Below are positions 30,774-40,871 of a stretch of DNA of 64,000 bases, piece after piece. Made by a program: the position numbers and the translations under genes. A model generated the notes under the pieces. It saw nothing but the letters and a program-made list of their open reading frames with translations, ran no database searches and was not told the DNA's origin. Each line of letters opens with the position of its first letter. Position 1 is the stretch's first letter. Source of the stretch: an uncultured delta proteobacterium (GTDB taxonomy: Bacteria; Desulfobacterota; Desulfobacteria; Desulfobacterales; QNYZ01); contig CAWJQU010000008.1 in assembly GCA_963845145.1 (NCBI GenBank), positions 352,001-416,000 of the forward strand, given 5' to 3'.

Positions 30774-33700
30774 AATCCCATGAAGTCGCTAAACCGGTCG
30801 ATGAAAAATTCCTTACGCCGGGCGTCATGGTGTTGTTGGCGTTGATGGCCATTGGAGGGGCCTTCGTCGCAGCCCGTTTTTTGTTCGGTATCGGAAAAGT
30901 GGCCAACCTGAACAATCAGGTCCCCTGGGGAATCTGGATTGGTATCGATGTGGCCTCTGGTGTCGCTCTGGCGGCCGGTGGGTTTACCACTGGTGCCATT
31001 GCCTACGTCTTTAACCGTGATCAATATCATGCCGTGATACGACCGGCTCTTTTGACGGCCATGCTGGGTTATACCTTTGTCGTTTTGGGACTACTGGTCG
31101 ATATCGGACGTTACTGGAATATCTACAGCCCACTTTTTAACTGGAACGGCAACTCGGTGCTTTTTGAAGTGGCCATGTGTGTCATGATCTATTTAAACGT
31201 ACTCTATATCGAGTTTATCCCCATCGTCGTTGAGCGCTTCAAAGGGCAGGTCAATTTACCCGGATTTTTGGTGGGTTTGAACCAATTGGCAGAAAAACTT
31301 CTCACGATCGCTGACAAAATTCTAGGTAAAATCATGTTCATTTTCATCATCGCCGGAATCGTACTCTCCTGTCTGCACCAGTCGAGTCTCGGCTCACTGA
31401 TGCTCATCGCTCCCTACAAGGTTCACCCTTTGTGGTATACACCCATTTTGCCACTGTTATTCCTGTTGTCCGCCTTTGCGGCCGGATACCCCATGGTCAC
31501 TTTCGAATCCATCATCGTCTCCAGTTCCTTTAACCGCAAACCGGAAATGGATGTTCTTACACCGTTGGCCAAATACATGCCGGTCTTGATGGGTCTCTAT
31601 TTGATCTTCAAAATTGGCGATATGATGGTAAGGGAGACATATGTCTATCTACTGGATGGCACTTATCAGACCAATGCATTTATCGTAGAAGTGGTATTTG
31701 GTGTGATTCTTCCCTTTGTCCTGCTTTTATTCAGACGGGTCCGACACTCTCCGGGGTGGCTTTTCTTTGCCGCCACGACTTTTGTTTTGGGAATTTTGTT
31801 AAACCGCATCAATGTGTTTGTCGTCAGCTATACGCCGCCTTACCAGCTAACCCGCTACTTTCCCGCCCTGGGGGAAATATTTGTCACCGTGGGGTTGATC
31901 GCAGGGCTGATGTTTCTCTATCGGGTGTTTGTCTTTATCTTTCCGGTCCTCGGTGCGAAACCCGAAAAAATGTCCCCCACTGTTTTGGGTGTAACCGTTT
32001 TGACGATTGTCTCCTGGGTAGCCATGCCGGCACAGGCCACTGACGAACGGATCGTTTTAAAACGACCACTGCCGTTGGAAGAGGACATTACACCGTCCAT
32101 TGCCGATGTGCCCAAACTGATCACCATCAACAACCCCATCGTTAATCGCCACAGTGACAAGTACGAACCGGTGCGTTTCATGCACGCCAAGCATGTCAAT
32201 GTTTTGAAAGATTGCAGTATCTGCCATCATCGCCTGCCCCGAGAAGAAGGCGATACCTACGGAAGGCCGGTCAAACTCGCTGACCTCCAACGGGATAAAT
32301 CGATTCCAGCGAGTTGTGCCGAATGCCATCAAGAACCCTTTAATCCTAAGAACCTGCATACGCCCGGCTTAAAAGGCGCCTACCACCAATTGTGTATGGA
32401 TTGCCATGAGCAGTCTGAGCAAACCCCACATACCCGTGGGCCGATTCTTTACAGCGCAATGGTTCGGGGGCCGATAGCACGCACGTTGGATACCCGTGCC
32501 CCTACGGATTGCCTCGCCTGTCACGCTGCCAAGGTGCCCGATCATCGTAAGCTGGTTAAATTGGAAAAGGAGGTCGACGCGTTAACCGTCACTCAAAACT
32601 GCCTCGCCTGTCACGAGCCAGAGGGCCGGGCGATTTTAAAAACGGCCCATTGGAAATGGCATGGATCCTCTCCGTATACAGTGGGGCATGAAAACCGTAA
32701 TGATATTGGTAAAAGCCACAACACGATCAACAACTTCTGTATAAACATCAATGGCAACTGGCCCCGCTGCACCAGTTGCCACATTGGTTACGGCTGGAAA
32801 GATCAAAGTTTCAATTTTAATGACATGACCAAAATCGATTGTCTCGTATGCCATGACACCACCGGTACCTATAAGAAAACCCCAACAGGGGCCGGGTTTC
32901 CGGAAAAAGGCGTTGACCTCGCCAAGGTAGCCAAAAGCGTCGGTCGTCCGAGCCGAAATACCTGTGGGATGAACTGTCACTTCCTTGGGGGTGGCGGCGA
33001 TGCCGTCAAACATGGGGATATGAGCTCTTCTTTAGCTAAACCGGATAAGGATTTTGATGTTCATATGGGTAGTGGTGAGGGCATGGATTTCAAGTGCCAG
33101 GATTGCCACAAAACCCGTAACCATATGATCTCGGGCCGTAGTATTTCCGTAGCTGCCGTAGAAGGTGACCTCTCCTGCGAGTACTGTCATACCGACAGCC
33201 CTCACATCGGTAGTGAACTGATCGATCACCACTTGAATAAGCACACACAGCATGTAGCCTGTCAAACCTGCCATATCCCCATTTACGCCAAAGGCCGGCC
33301 CACCAAGGTATACTGGGACTGGTCCCAGGCGGGGAAGGATATCAAATCTGAAAAAGACAAATATGGCATGCCCACCTTTAATAAGAAAAAGGGAAGCTAT
33401 AAATGGAAAGAGGCCGTCAAGCCAGTCTATAAATGGTATAATGGTACAGTTAAACGCTATCTTTTGGGCGACCGCATCAATCCCAAGGGCGTCACCGTCC
33501 TGGCCCAACCAGTGGGGAGCATTCAGGATCCAGCAGCCCGTATCTACCCCTTTAAAATTCATGAGGGGAAACAACCCAGTGATCGTATTTATAAGTATTT
33601 GCTGGCGCCCCAATTGTGGGACGGCTTCTGGAAGCATTGGGATTGGGACAAAGCTTTTGAAAGTGGCATGAAAACCGCCGGCCTTCAATACAGCGGCCAG

Positions 33701-34033
33701 TACGAATTTGTGGACACCATCATGTATTGGGGCCTCACCCACGAAGTACTGCCCAAGGAGAGTGCCCTTTCCTGCGCTGAATGCCATCGGTCCCTCGCCC
33801 AGGCCCCCTATTGCGGTAAATGCCATTTGGAACGATCAGATGTACAGTTTAAGGATCTAGTCCACAAAGGGGTCAACTTTAAGTTTCTGGCCGATCTGGG
33901 GCGAGATGTCAAAGATTTGATCGGTAAAACCAACTATATTGACTATAACGCCCTCGGGTATGAAGGCGATCCCGTTGAAACCAGTGGAAGATTCGACAAA
34001 CTGCCCATGCGGCAAAGGGCTGCTTTGGATTGA
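30770..34033 (+). CDS. Fusion of NrfD/HybB-HmcC membrane anchor, cytochrome c3-like tetraheme and octaheme tetrathionate reductase-like domain
   Basis: PWGIWIGIDV..LAAGGF, D(I)GR, LHQSSLGSL; 12 CxxCH plus one CGMNCH; OTR-like NNFCI, GGGGDAVKHGD, YWDWS. Confidence 0.88.
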   Translation: MKSHEVAKPVDEKFLTPGVMVLLALMAIGGAFVAARFLFGIGKVANLNNQVPWGIWIGIDVASGVALAAGGFTTGAIAYVFNRDQYHAVIRPALLTAMLGYTFVVLGLLVDIGRYWNIYSPLFNWNGNSVLFEVAMCVMIYLNVLYIEFIPIVVERFKGQVNLPGFLVGLNQLAEKLLTIADKILGKIMFIFIIAGIVLSCLHQSSLGSLMLIAPYKVHPLWYTPILPLLFLLSAFAAGYPMVTFESIIVSSSFNRKPEMDVLTPLAKYMPVLMGLYLIFKIGDMMVRETYVYLLDGTYQTNAFIVEVVFGVILPFVLLLFRRVRHSPGWLFFAATTFVLGILLNRINVFVVSYTPPYQLTRYFPALGEIFVTVGLIAGLMFLYRVFVFIFPVLGAKPEKMSPTVLGVTVLTIVSWVAMPAQATDERIVLKRPLPLEEDITPSIADVPKLITINNPIVNRHSDKYEPVRFMHAKHVNVLKDCSICHHRLPREEGDTYGRPVKLADLQRDKSIPASCAECHQEPFNPKNLHTPGLKGAYHQLCMDCHEQSEQTPHTRGPILYSAMVRGPIARTLDTRAPTDCLACHAAKVPDHRKLVKLEKEVDALTVTQNCLACHEPEGRAILKTAHWKWHGSSPYTVGHENRNDIGKSHNTINNFCININGNWPRCTSCHIGYGWKDQSFNFNDMTKIDCLVCHDTTGTYKKTPTGAGFPEKGVDLAKVAKSVGRPSRNTCGMNCHFLGGGGDAVKHGDMSSSLAKPDKDFDVHMGSGEGMDFKCQDCHKTRNHMISGRSISVAAVEGDLSCEYCHTDSPHIGSELIDHHLNKHTQHVACQTCHIPIYAKGRPTKVYWDWSQAGKDIKSEKDKYGMPTFNKKKGSYKWKEAVKPVYKWYNGTVKRYLLGDRINPKGVTVLAQPVGSIQDPAARIYPFKIHEGKQPSDRIYKYLLAPQLWDGFWKHWDWDKAFESGMKTAGLQYSGQYEFVDTIMYWGLTHEVLPKESALSCAECHRSLAQAPYCGKCHLERSDVQFKDLVHKGVNFKFLADLGRDVKDLIGKTNYIDYNALGYEGDPVETSGRFDKLPMRQRAALD

Positions 34034-34116
34034 TCGACGCCCACCACGCGCAAGTAAGCCTCGCCCCCTTAATAAGGGACCTTTATGGATGAGAGGAAAA
34101 AGTGGAGAAGTGGACA

Positions 34117-36309
34117 ATGCCAGTGAATAATAAAATTTCTATATCACGACGCAGATTCATTCAGCTATCCGGCGCCACAGCAGCCACCATGGCAACCATT
34201 AGCCCCTCCCGCATGGCGCGAGCGCTGACCCCAAATGCTGGTGACGACAAAATAGGATCTGTTCGGGAAATATTCTCGGCTTGCGATATGTGCTTTAATA
34301 AATGCGGCATAATCGCCCGGGTAGAAGACGGGATCGTCACCAAGCTGGATCCAAATCCCAAGTCGCTCAAATCCCGCGGTATGTTATGTGCCAGGGGTAA
34401 TGCCGGAATCAAGCAACTTTACGATCCGGATCGGTTGAAATATCCCCTGCTGCGAAAAGGTGATCGCGGGTCAGGCCGCTGGCAGCGTTTGAGCTGGACC
34501 GATGCGCTGGATCTCGCCGCCGAAAAAATGGACCGAATCGGGCGCGAATACACCCGCTGTGGCTTTCTCTTTATGGCCGGCACGGATATGCAGTCCACCT
34601 TCGTTCACCGGTTTGCCGAGGTTTACGGCTCCTTCAATATCATTTCACACGAATCTAACTGCTTGCTAAGTCGCAACCGGGCGTTTCTGGATACCTTCGG
34701 CGTTGTGCCGATTCCCGATATGCTCAATTGCAAGTATGTGATCATGCCCGGGGCCAATCGCTTCGAAGCCCTAGTGACACCGGATAGCATCGACCTGATG
34801 ACGGCCATGCAAAAAGGCTGTAAACTGGTGGTCCTGGATCCACGTTTTACGAAAACAGCCGCCCTGGCCAATGAGTGGTTTGCCATCAAACCCGGCACCG
34901 ACATGGCCTTTTTTCTGGCCATTGCCCATGTGTTGATTACCGAAGAGCGTTACGACAAGGAATTTGTAAAAACAAAAACTTTCGGATTCGAGCAGTTTAA
35001 AGCACATGTCCAAACGTATACACCGGAATGGGCGGCCGCAGAGACGGATATCCCGGCGGGCGATATACGTCGGCTGGCCCGGGAACTGGCAGCCGCCGCC
35101 CCCGCGGCCATCGTTTATCCCGGACGGCGAAGCTCGGATTATGAAGATTCAACCCAGATACGAAGGGCGTTTGCCATTGTCAACGCACTGCTCGGCAACT
35201 GGGACCGGCCCGGTGGCCTAATCGTTCCACCGAAGGTGAAATCCGGCACCATTCCTTACGACGCCCCCTGGTATGATGATAATCCGGAAGATCGAGTTGA
35301 TGCGGGCCGGGCGCAGATGATGTTCTATGAGGAAGGCTCATTCAAACATACGCGTGATGCCGTAATTGAGGGCAAACCCTATCCCATCAAAGGCTGGATG
35401 ACCTACAAGACCAACCCTATGCAAACCGGTGCCAATCGCAACAAAACCATCGAAATGATAAACAAACTCGATTTTATGGTTACTGTCGACATTGCCATGA
35501 GTGATACGGCCTGGATGGCAGATCTCGTCCTGCCGGCGCCCAGCTACTTGGAGAGAGAGGACCCCCTTTCCGCATTTCAAGCCTCTTCCGCCTGCTCGGG
35601 AGTCATTACGCGCAATCCGGTCGTCCCGGCCCTTTATGAATCGAAACCGGTTTTCTGGATCGTAAAAGAGTTGGCCAAACGTCTCAACCTCGGAGAGCAT
35701 TTCGATTTTACCATCGCCGATTTCAGAAAAGCGCAACTGGAGAAGTTACCTGAGGTGGCGAAAGCAATTGAGAAAGACGGGGTGTATAACGTTACCGGAC
35801 CCAGCCATGGGCTACACGAGGGCAAACCCTTCAAAACACTCTCGAAAAAAATCGAGTTTTACAATTCGCGGTATGAACGCGCGGGCATCGACCCCATGCC
35901 TGTCTACACGCCACCCCGTGTAGTTCCGGAAAACCATTTCAGGATGGTAGTAGGACGCAATGCCTACATCACCCAGAGTGCCACCACCAACAATAGTTTG
36001 TTGTGGGAACTGCAGCACGAAAATGTTCTCTGGATTCACCCGGAACCGGCTAAAAAATTGGGTATCAAGCCTGGAGATCAGGTTGAAGTCGCCAGCCCCG
36101 CTGGAAAAGGGCGTCTTAAAGCTTATGTAACAGGAAAAACCCGGCCAGATACCGTTTATATGGATACCGGTTTCGGGGTCCTATCCGAAGGTTTGACAAA
36201 AATATTCGGTAAAGGTGCTTGCATTGTCGAAGTTCTGGAAGACTATGCCGACCGAATCTCAGGGAATATGGCTATGCATGAAACGATAGTCAGTGTGACA
36301 AAAGCCTGA
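34117..36309 (+). CDS. Tat-exported bis-MGD molybdoenzyme, polysulfide/thiosulfate reductase PsrA/PhsA-like
   Basis: SRRRFIQ Tat motif; CDMCFNKC..C FS0 cluster; HESNC Mo-ligand region; ADLVLP..YLER. Confidence 0.88.
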   Translation: MPVNNKISISRRRFIQLSGATAATMATISPSRMARALTPNAGDDKIGSVREIFSACDMCFNKCGIIARVEDGIVTKLDPNPKSLKSRGMLCARGNAGIKQLYDPDRLKYPLLRKGDRGSGRWQRLSWTDALDLAAEKMDRIGREYTRCGFLFMAGTDMQSTFVHRFAEVYGSFNIISHESNCLLSRNRAFLDTFGVVPIPDMLNCKYVIMPGANRFEALVTPDSIDLMTAMQKGCKLVVLDPRFTKTAALANEWFAIKPGTDMAFFLAIAHVLITEERYDKEFVKTKTFGFEQFKAHVQTYTPEWAAAETDIPAGDIRRLARELAAAAPAAIVYPGRRSSDYEDSTQIRRAFAIVNALLGNWDRPGGLIVPPKVKSGTIPYDAPWYDDNPEDRVDAGRAQMMFYEEGSFKHTRDAVIEGKPYPIKGWMTYKTNPMQTGANRNKTIEMINKLDFMVTVDIAMSDTAWMADLVLPAPSYLEREDPLSAFQASSACSGVITRNPVVPALYESKPVFWIVKELAKRLNLGEHFDFTIADFRKAQLEKLPEVAKAIEKDGVYNVTGPSHGLHEGKPFKTLSKKIEFYNSRYERAGIDPMPVYTPPRVVPENHFRMVVGRNAYITQSATTNNSLLWELQHENVLWIHPEPAKKLGIKPGDQVEVASPAGKGRLKAYVTGKTRPDTVYMDTGFGVLSEGLTKIFGKGACIVEVLEDYADRISGNMAMHETIVSVTKA

Positions 36310-36351
36310 TTTTAAAAACTTGATTCACAGTGAAATATCAAGGACGTGGAC

Positions 36352-36990
36352 ATGAAAAAACACAAGGCCATAAAATACGGTATCATTATCGATACGTCCA
36401 AATGCATTGATTGCAAGGCTTGCCTGATCGCATGTAAGGTTGAAAACAGCCTTCCCCAAGGTTACTGGCGAAATTGGATCAAGTCACGATGGAATGAGGA
36501 TACGGATCTAAAGAATGAGTTCCAACCAGGACAATGCATGCAGTGCGATGAACCCTCGTGCGTCGCGGCCTGCCCCGTGGGGGCGACCTACAAAGAAAAC
36601 AACGGTCTGGTCGCCATTGACCCGCTAAAGTGTATCGGTTGCGGCAATTGCATCGCGGCCTGCCCCTACCAGGCCCGGTATCGCGACCCCAAACGGGGAA
36701 TCGCCGACAAGTGTGATTTTTGTCGCCACCGCTTAAACCGCGGAGAAGAACCCGCCTGTGTGGTTACTTGTCCGACCAAGGCCCGAATTTTCGGCGATTT
36801 GAATGACCCGCAAAGTCGTGTTGGCAGGCTGGCTGCGGGGAAAAAGCTGGTACAAATAATCAATCCCTTAGTGAATACCAGCCCGAACATTTTTTATCTT
36901 CGGAAAACCAGTCTGCGTGATTGGCCGGTTTTACCGACTCTACCTGGGGGAGAGCACATGGCCCCCAGTTTTTGGAAAACGTATGGTTAA
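36352..36990 (+). CDS. PsrB/PhsB/NrfC-like 4Fe-4S subunit
   Basis: CIDCKAC, CMQCDEPSC, CIGCGNC, KCDFC..PACV.TCP..ARIFGDL. Confidence 0.9.
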   Translation: MKKHKAIKYGIIIDTSKCIDCKACLIACKVENSLPQGYWRNWIKSRWNEDTDLKNEFQPGQCMQCDEPSCVAACPVGATYKENNGLVAIDPLKCIGCGNCIAACPYQARYRDPKRGIADKCDFCRHRLNRGEEPACVVTCPTKARIFGDLNDPQSRVGRLAAGKKLVQIINPLVNTSPNIFYLRKTSLRDWPVLPTLPGGEHMAPSFWKTYG

Positions 36991-37124
36991 TATGCTCTAT
37001 CCATTCGCGCAAATGGATAAAAAGGTCGCCTCGCCCGACAACGTCTCCTTCGTGGCCCGACAGCGTCTCCTCCGTGGATGGTTTCACTGCCTGATTTAAG
37101 TATCTGGCAGCTTACCTCCATGCC

Positions 37125-37165
37125 AAGGCCCTGCTGCCCAGTATTGGGTAGCAGGGCCTTTTTTT
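37125..37165 (+). terminator. Intrinsic terminator between the convergent operons
   Basis: AAGGCCCTGCTGCCCA-GTAT-TGGGTAGCAGGGCCTT followed by TTTTT. Confidence 0.8.
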
Positions 37166-37171
37166 AGGAAG

Positions 37172-37837
37172 CTAAGTTGTACCGTACTTATGCTTATCCG
37201 CTTTCTTTTCCCACTCTTCGATGGATACGCCCTCTTCAACGCTCTCCCATCCGGTGATCATGGCTTTAACGTGGGCGAACAGTGAATGCCCGGTGGTCGT
37301 CATATAGACATGAACCACCAGAAAAGTTAAAATGGAGAAGGCTCCGGCCATGTGAACCCAGGCGATCAACTGCAATGAAAAGGCGCTAAACCCCCAAGTG
37401 TGCCACGAATTGTATCCCCAATAAAGGAAGCCGGTGCCCATCTGAACCGGGAGCAAAAAGGCCGCCAAGGAGAGATAGGTGATGCGCTGCAACGGATTAT
37501 GTTTGGCCTCCTTGTGCTTAGGAAAAGGGTGCGATTCCCCCCTAAATATTCCGTAAGTATAGTACCGGATCACGCTGACCATTTTTTTAGTCGTTGGAAT
37601 ATACTGGCGCCATTCGCCGGTTGTGAAGATCCAGAAAGCAAAAAAGGCAAAGGCGATGAGCCAGGTCAAACCAACATAGTTATGGACTTTTACGGCCGTA
37701 TCGAACCCCAGAAAAGTAAACTGGCTATGGACCTCAAAGCCGGTTACCAGTAATACCAAAATAAGGGCCATCTGCAGCCAGTGCCAAAACCGTTCGTAAC
37801 GTGTATACAGATAAATATTTTTCATTTTAGCACTCAT
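37172..37837 (-). CDS. Di-heme cytochrome b membrane subunit (PhsC/Ni-hydrogenase cytochrome b-like)
   Basis: ERFWHW, VHNY, HNPLQR, VH..G and VHVY; four TM segments. Confidence 0.88.
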   Translation of the reverse strand: MSAKMKNIYLYTRYERFWHWLQMALILVLLVTGFEVHSQFTFLGFDTAVKVHNYVGLTWLIAFAFFAFWIFTTGEWRQYIPTTKKMVSVIRYYTYGIFRGESHPFPKHKEAKHNPLQRITYLSLAAFLLPVQMGTGFLYWGYNSWHTWGFSAFSLQLIAWVHMAGAFSILTFLVVHVYMTTTGHSLFAHVKAMITGWESVEEGVSIEEWEKKADKHKYGTT

Positions 37838-37840
37838 GGT

Positions 37841-39484
37841 CTACTTGCCCCCCTTTTTTCCATTACCTTGGGTAAACACACGTCCAAGCCCATGAATAAC
37901 AACGCCCACCAGGGACCCCAATACCATCAGCCATCCAATGGTATCGATGATACCGGCATTGTCACGCCCCGGCATATAGAACCCCGCCAGGCTGGCCATA
38001 CGGCTGCCTTTGTCGATGTGACACTCTTTACAAGTGACAACATTTTCTTTGGGCGCTACCATGTGGGTTGTGGGATAGACGAAAGTTGTTTCAACAAAAT
38101 CGAATTCGCCGGAAAATTTCATTCCCAGCGCATCGCTACCGATCGCCAACGCTTCCTTCCAGTCCAGTGTTTTCCAGTAACCTTTGGGGCCGGAAAGTAA
38201 CGGGGCCAACAGTGTCTTGTTGATTTTATCGTAAGGCTGCACACCGCGGTGTACCTTAAAGGGAAATATTCGGGCATTTTCGTCACCGCGGCTACCCAAT
38301 GGGTAACTCAGGGCCACCGTTCCGCTGGGGTCGATAGGGTCAGCCGCTGTCAGGGATTTAATGGATCCGTTAAACCAGTAGTACTCCGGTTTGACGTTCT
38401 TTTCCCACTTCATTTCACCTTTTATAGTCAGGTAGTCGTGCTTTCCGAACGGCCCTTTACGTTTGTACGGTTTGCCTTTCTCATTTAGCTTACCCGATTT
38501 TGACCAGTCCCATGACATTTTGGTGGGATTGACGCGTGCAAAGGTGGGGATATGGCAACTCTGGCAGGCGACCTTGTCGGTATGGTCGTTGGCCTTCGAC
38601 CCTGGGTTGTGCGGTGTACTGCTGTGACAAGATTCACAACTAATTTTTGAGGTCAGGTCATCCTCGATCAAACTTTTTCGATGGGTGTACGCGGGTGCGG
38701 TGTAAATCCGTCCGGCCACATTATGGAGCTTGGTCGTATGACAGCGTACGCAATCAAAATTCTGCCCATCGATTCCCATGTGCACATCCAGGGCCTTGTT
38801 GGGTTTTGCCAGGGAGGTATCCAGATCCCCATGTTTGACGCCGTCGCCGCCGCCACCCTTGAAATGGCAATCACCACAATTGCTTCGCGTTGGACGCCCC
38901 ACCTGCTGCACCGCTGCTTGAATTTCGGATTGAATCTCAGCGGCCAGTTCTTTGGATTCAGCATCGGTTTCTACTCGAAAGGCATTAAAATCCTCGAAAG
39001 CCTCTTCCCAGTTTATCTGTTTCCTGCCATGGCAAGCCAGGCAATTGACGGCCTCGGTCTTGTTTCCCCATCCCGGGTGGCAGGACATGCACCCCTTATC
39101 CTCCATCCCATTGGCGGAGATACAAAAATTATTTAAAGACAAACCGGCCTTACCCATTTGAGCGTCTTTATCATTTTTATGCGCCAGCCAGGTCCAGTGA
39201 ATGGTTTTGTGGAACTGTTCCGCCGCCTCGGAGTGGCAACTCAAGCAAGCCTGGGTCACTTCAACGCCTGAGATAAATGGCTTCTTCAAAATATCGTGTT
39301 TGGTATGGTCGGTCGTGATCCAAATACCCTTCTCTTTTGTCGCCTGCTGGGCCATGGTGCGGCCAGGGGCTTCATCTTTCGATCCGGCAGCACTGGCGAC
39401 GGCCGCAAACCCCAGGCCAATGCCAATGATTGCCAAAACAACGAAAAGGCGGGAAAGCCGGTGTTGCACCTTAATTGGTTTCAT
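37841..39484 (-). CDS. Octaheme tetrathionate reductase-family c-type cytochrome with C-terminal TM anchor
   Basis: Signal peptide; 8 CxxCH (CLSCH, CMSCH, CLACH, CGDCH, CVRCH, CESCH, CQSCH, CKECH); NNFCI, GGGGDGVKHGD, WDWS. Confidence 0.9.
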   Translation of the reverse strand: MKPIKVQHRLSRLFVVLAIIGIGLGFAAVASAAGSKDEAPGRTMAQQATKEKGIWITTDHTKHDILKKPFISGVEVTQACLSCHSEAAEQFHKTIHWTWLAHKNDKDAQMGKAGLSLNNFCISANGMEDKGCMSCHPGWGNKTEAVNCLACHGRKQINWEEAFEDFNAFRVETDAESKELAAEIQSEIQAAVQQVGRPTRSNCGDCHFKGGGGDGVKHGDLDTSLAKPNKALDVHMGIDGQNFDCVRCHTTKLHNVAGRIYTAPAYTHRKSLIEDDLTSKISCESCHSSTPHNPGSKANDHTDKVACQSCHIPTFARVNPTKMSWDWSKSGKLNEKGKPYKRKGPFGKHDYLTIKGEMKWEKNVKPEYYWFNGSIKSLTAADPIDPSGTVALSYPLGSRGDENARIFPFKVHRGVQPYDKINKTLLAPLLSGPKGYWKTLDWKEALAIGSDALGMKFSGEFDFVETTFVYPTTHMVAPKENVVTCKECHIDKGSRMASLAGFYMPGRDNAGIIDTIGWLMVLGSLVGVVIHGLGRVFTQGNGKKGGK

Positions 39485-39640
39485 TGATGTTCCCTCTATA
39501 CGATACATGACGTTTATCGTTCATGAAGGCAATCCATATCAGGACTACCTTCATTACAGTGCTCGCCGGTCAACACGCCTTTTTGTCTGATGAAATCGAC
39601 AAGCCGACGGGCCAACCGGTAAAAGGACCCATTTATTTCA

Positions 39641-40786
39641 TCAGGATCCCGGTTTGGTGATCGTGAAAGAGCCGTCTTTATTGAAATTCATCTCACCATC
39701 CACATAGAAGACGGATTTTAATTCGGGACGAAGATCCTGTACCATATAGAACGACTCGCCGCTACGGGCGCCTGTTCCACATATAAAGACAATCGGCTTA
39801 TCCGTTGGCAGAGAGCTGACTTTACCTTCCAGGTTATCCACGGGAATGTTGACGGCACCTTTAAGAGTACCCCCGGCGAATTCATCCGCATCACGCACAT
39901 CGATGATATGGAAGCTTTCGGGATTTGCGGCAACCGCCTTTTTAAAGTAATCGATATCGATACTGCCCTCTTCCTTGCCTGCCTTCACCTGAGTAGCCGC
40001 CGCAGAAGTTTTGGCCGCACCGGAAGTCCCGGCGATCGCTTTCCACGCCGGATAGCCGGCCGCAAAGACCTTCACATTCTTGTAACCCATGGCAAGGGCC
40101 TTTTCCGCCGATTTGTGGCTGAGCTTGCATTTAAAGCCACCACAGTAGAACACCAACAACTTCTCTTTGTCGGCCGGCAACTGGCCTTTCATTTTATCGA
40201 ACTGCATATCCGGAATACTGATAGCCGTAGGGATGTGTCCTTTATCGTATTTTTTTCGTTTGGGACGTGAATCGATTAATACCATGTCCGATTGGTTGTC
40301 TATTTGGCTTTTGACCCAGGGGGTGTCGACAGCCGCGTAGTTTCCAGCGACTTTCAACCAACCTGGAAATCCCTTCTCAAAAACCTTTACGTTTTTATAA
40401 CCAAGCTTTTCCGCCTTCCAGGCGGATTTGTGGCTCAGCTTTCAAGTGGGGCCTTCACAATAGTAAATAAGCAGTGCATCCTTATTTTCAGGAAGCTGGG
40501 TAATCATTTTATCAAACTTTGAGTGTGGAATACTGACCGCCATTGGAATATGCCCCTTAGCATATTTTGGTCTATATGGTCGGGAATCGATGAGCATGAC
40601 ATTTTCAGGCATGGGGATCGCCATATGCGCTTTGACAAAGGCCGCATCGACAATCGTATGATACTTCCAATCGGTGTTCTCTTGTTTTTTAACAACGGGT
40701 GTTTTTTGAGGAGCGGCACAGGCCACCACAAAAGCGATGAGCAATAAAATCCCCAGACCCAGGATCGTTCGCTTGGCAAACTTCAT
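39641..40786 (-). CDS. Three-domain rhodanese lipoprotein, predicted selenoprotein (UGA at 40442-40444, codon 115), 381 aa
   Basis: Lipobox FVVAC; domain 1 YYCEGPT-UGA-KLSHKSA aligns with domain 2 FYCGGFK-C-KLSHKSA; the frame stays open through the UGA; SECIS-like hairpin follows. Confidence 0.9.
40403..40441 (-). promoter_or_regulatory. Bacterial SECIS-like element
   Basis: After the UGA: AAGCU..UCCGCCU-GGA-AGGCGGA..AGCUU; upper stem starts 15 nt after the UGA. Confidence 0.75.
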
Positions 40787-40871
40787 GTAAAATACCTCCC
40801 TTGGTTTTTCGGACTGCTGGTTTATCGTACTGAAATTGATATTAACCGCAACGGTTCACACCATAAAAACC

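Noticed and set aside
40442..40786. Separate 114-aa and 238-aa rhodanese genes, or a nonsense pseudogene
   Set aside because: Same frame, the UGA aligns with Cys in the internal repeat, and a SECIS-like hairpin follows.
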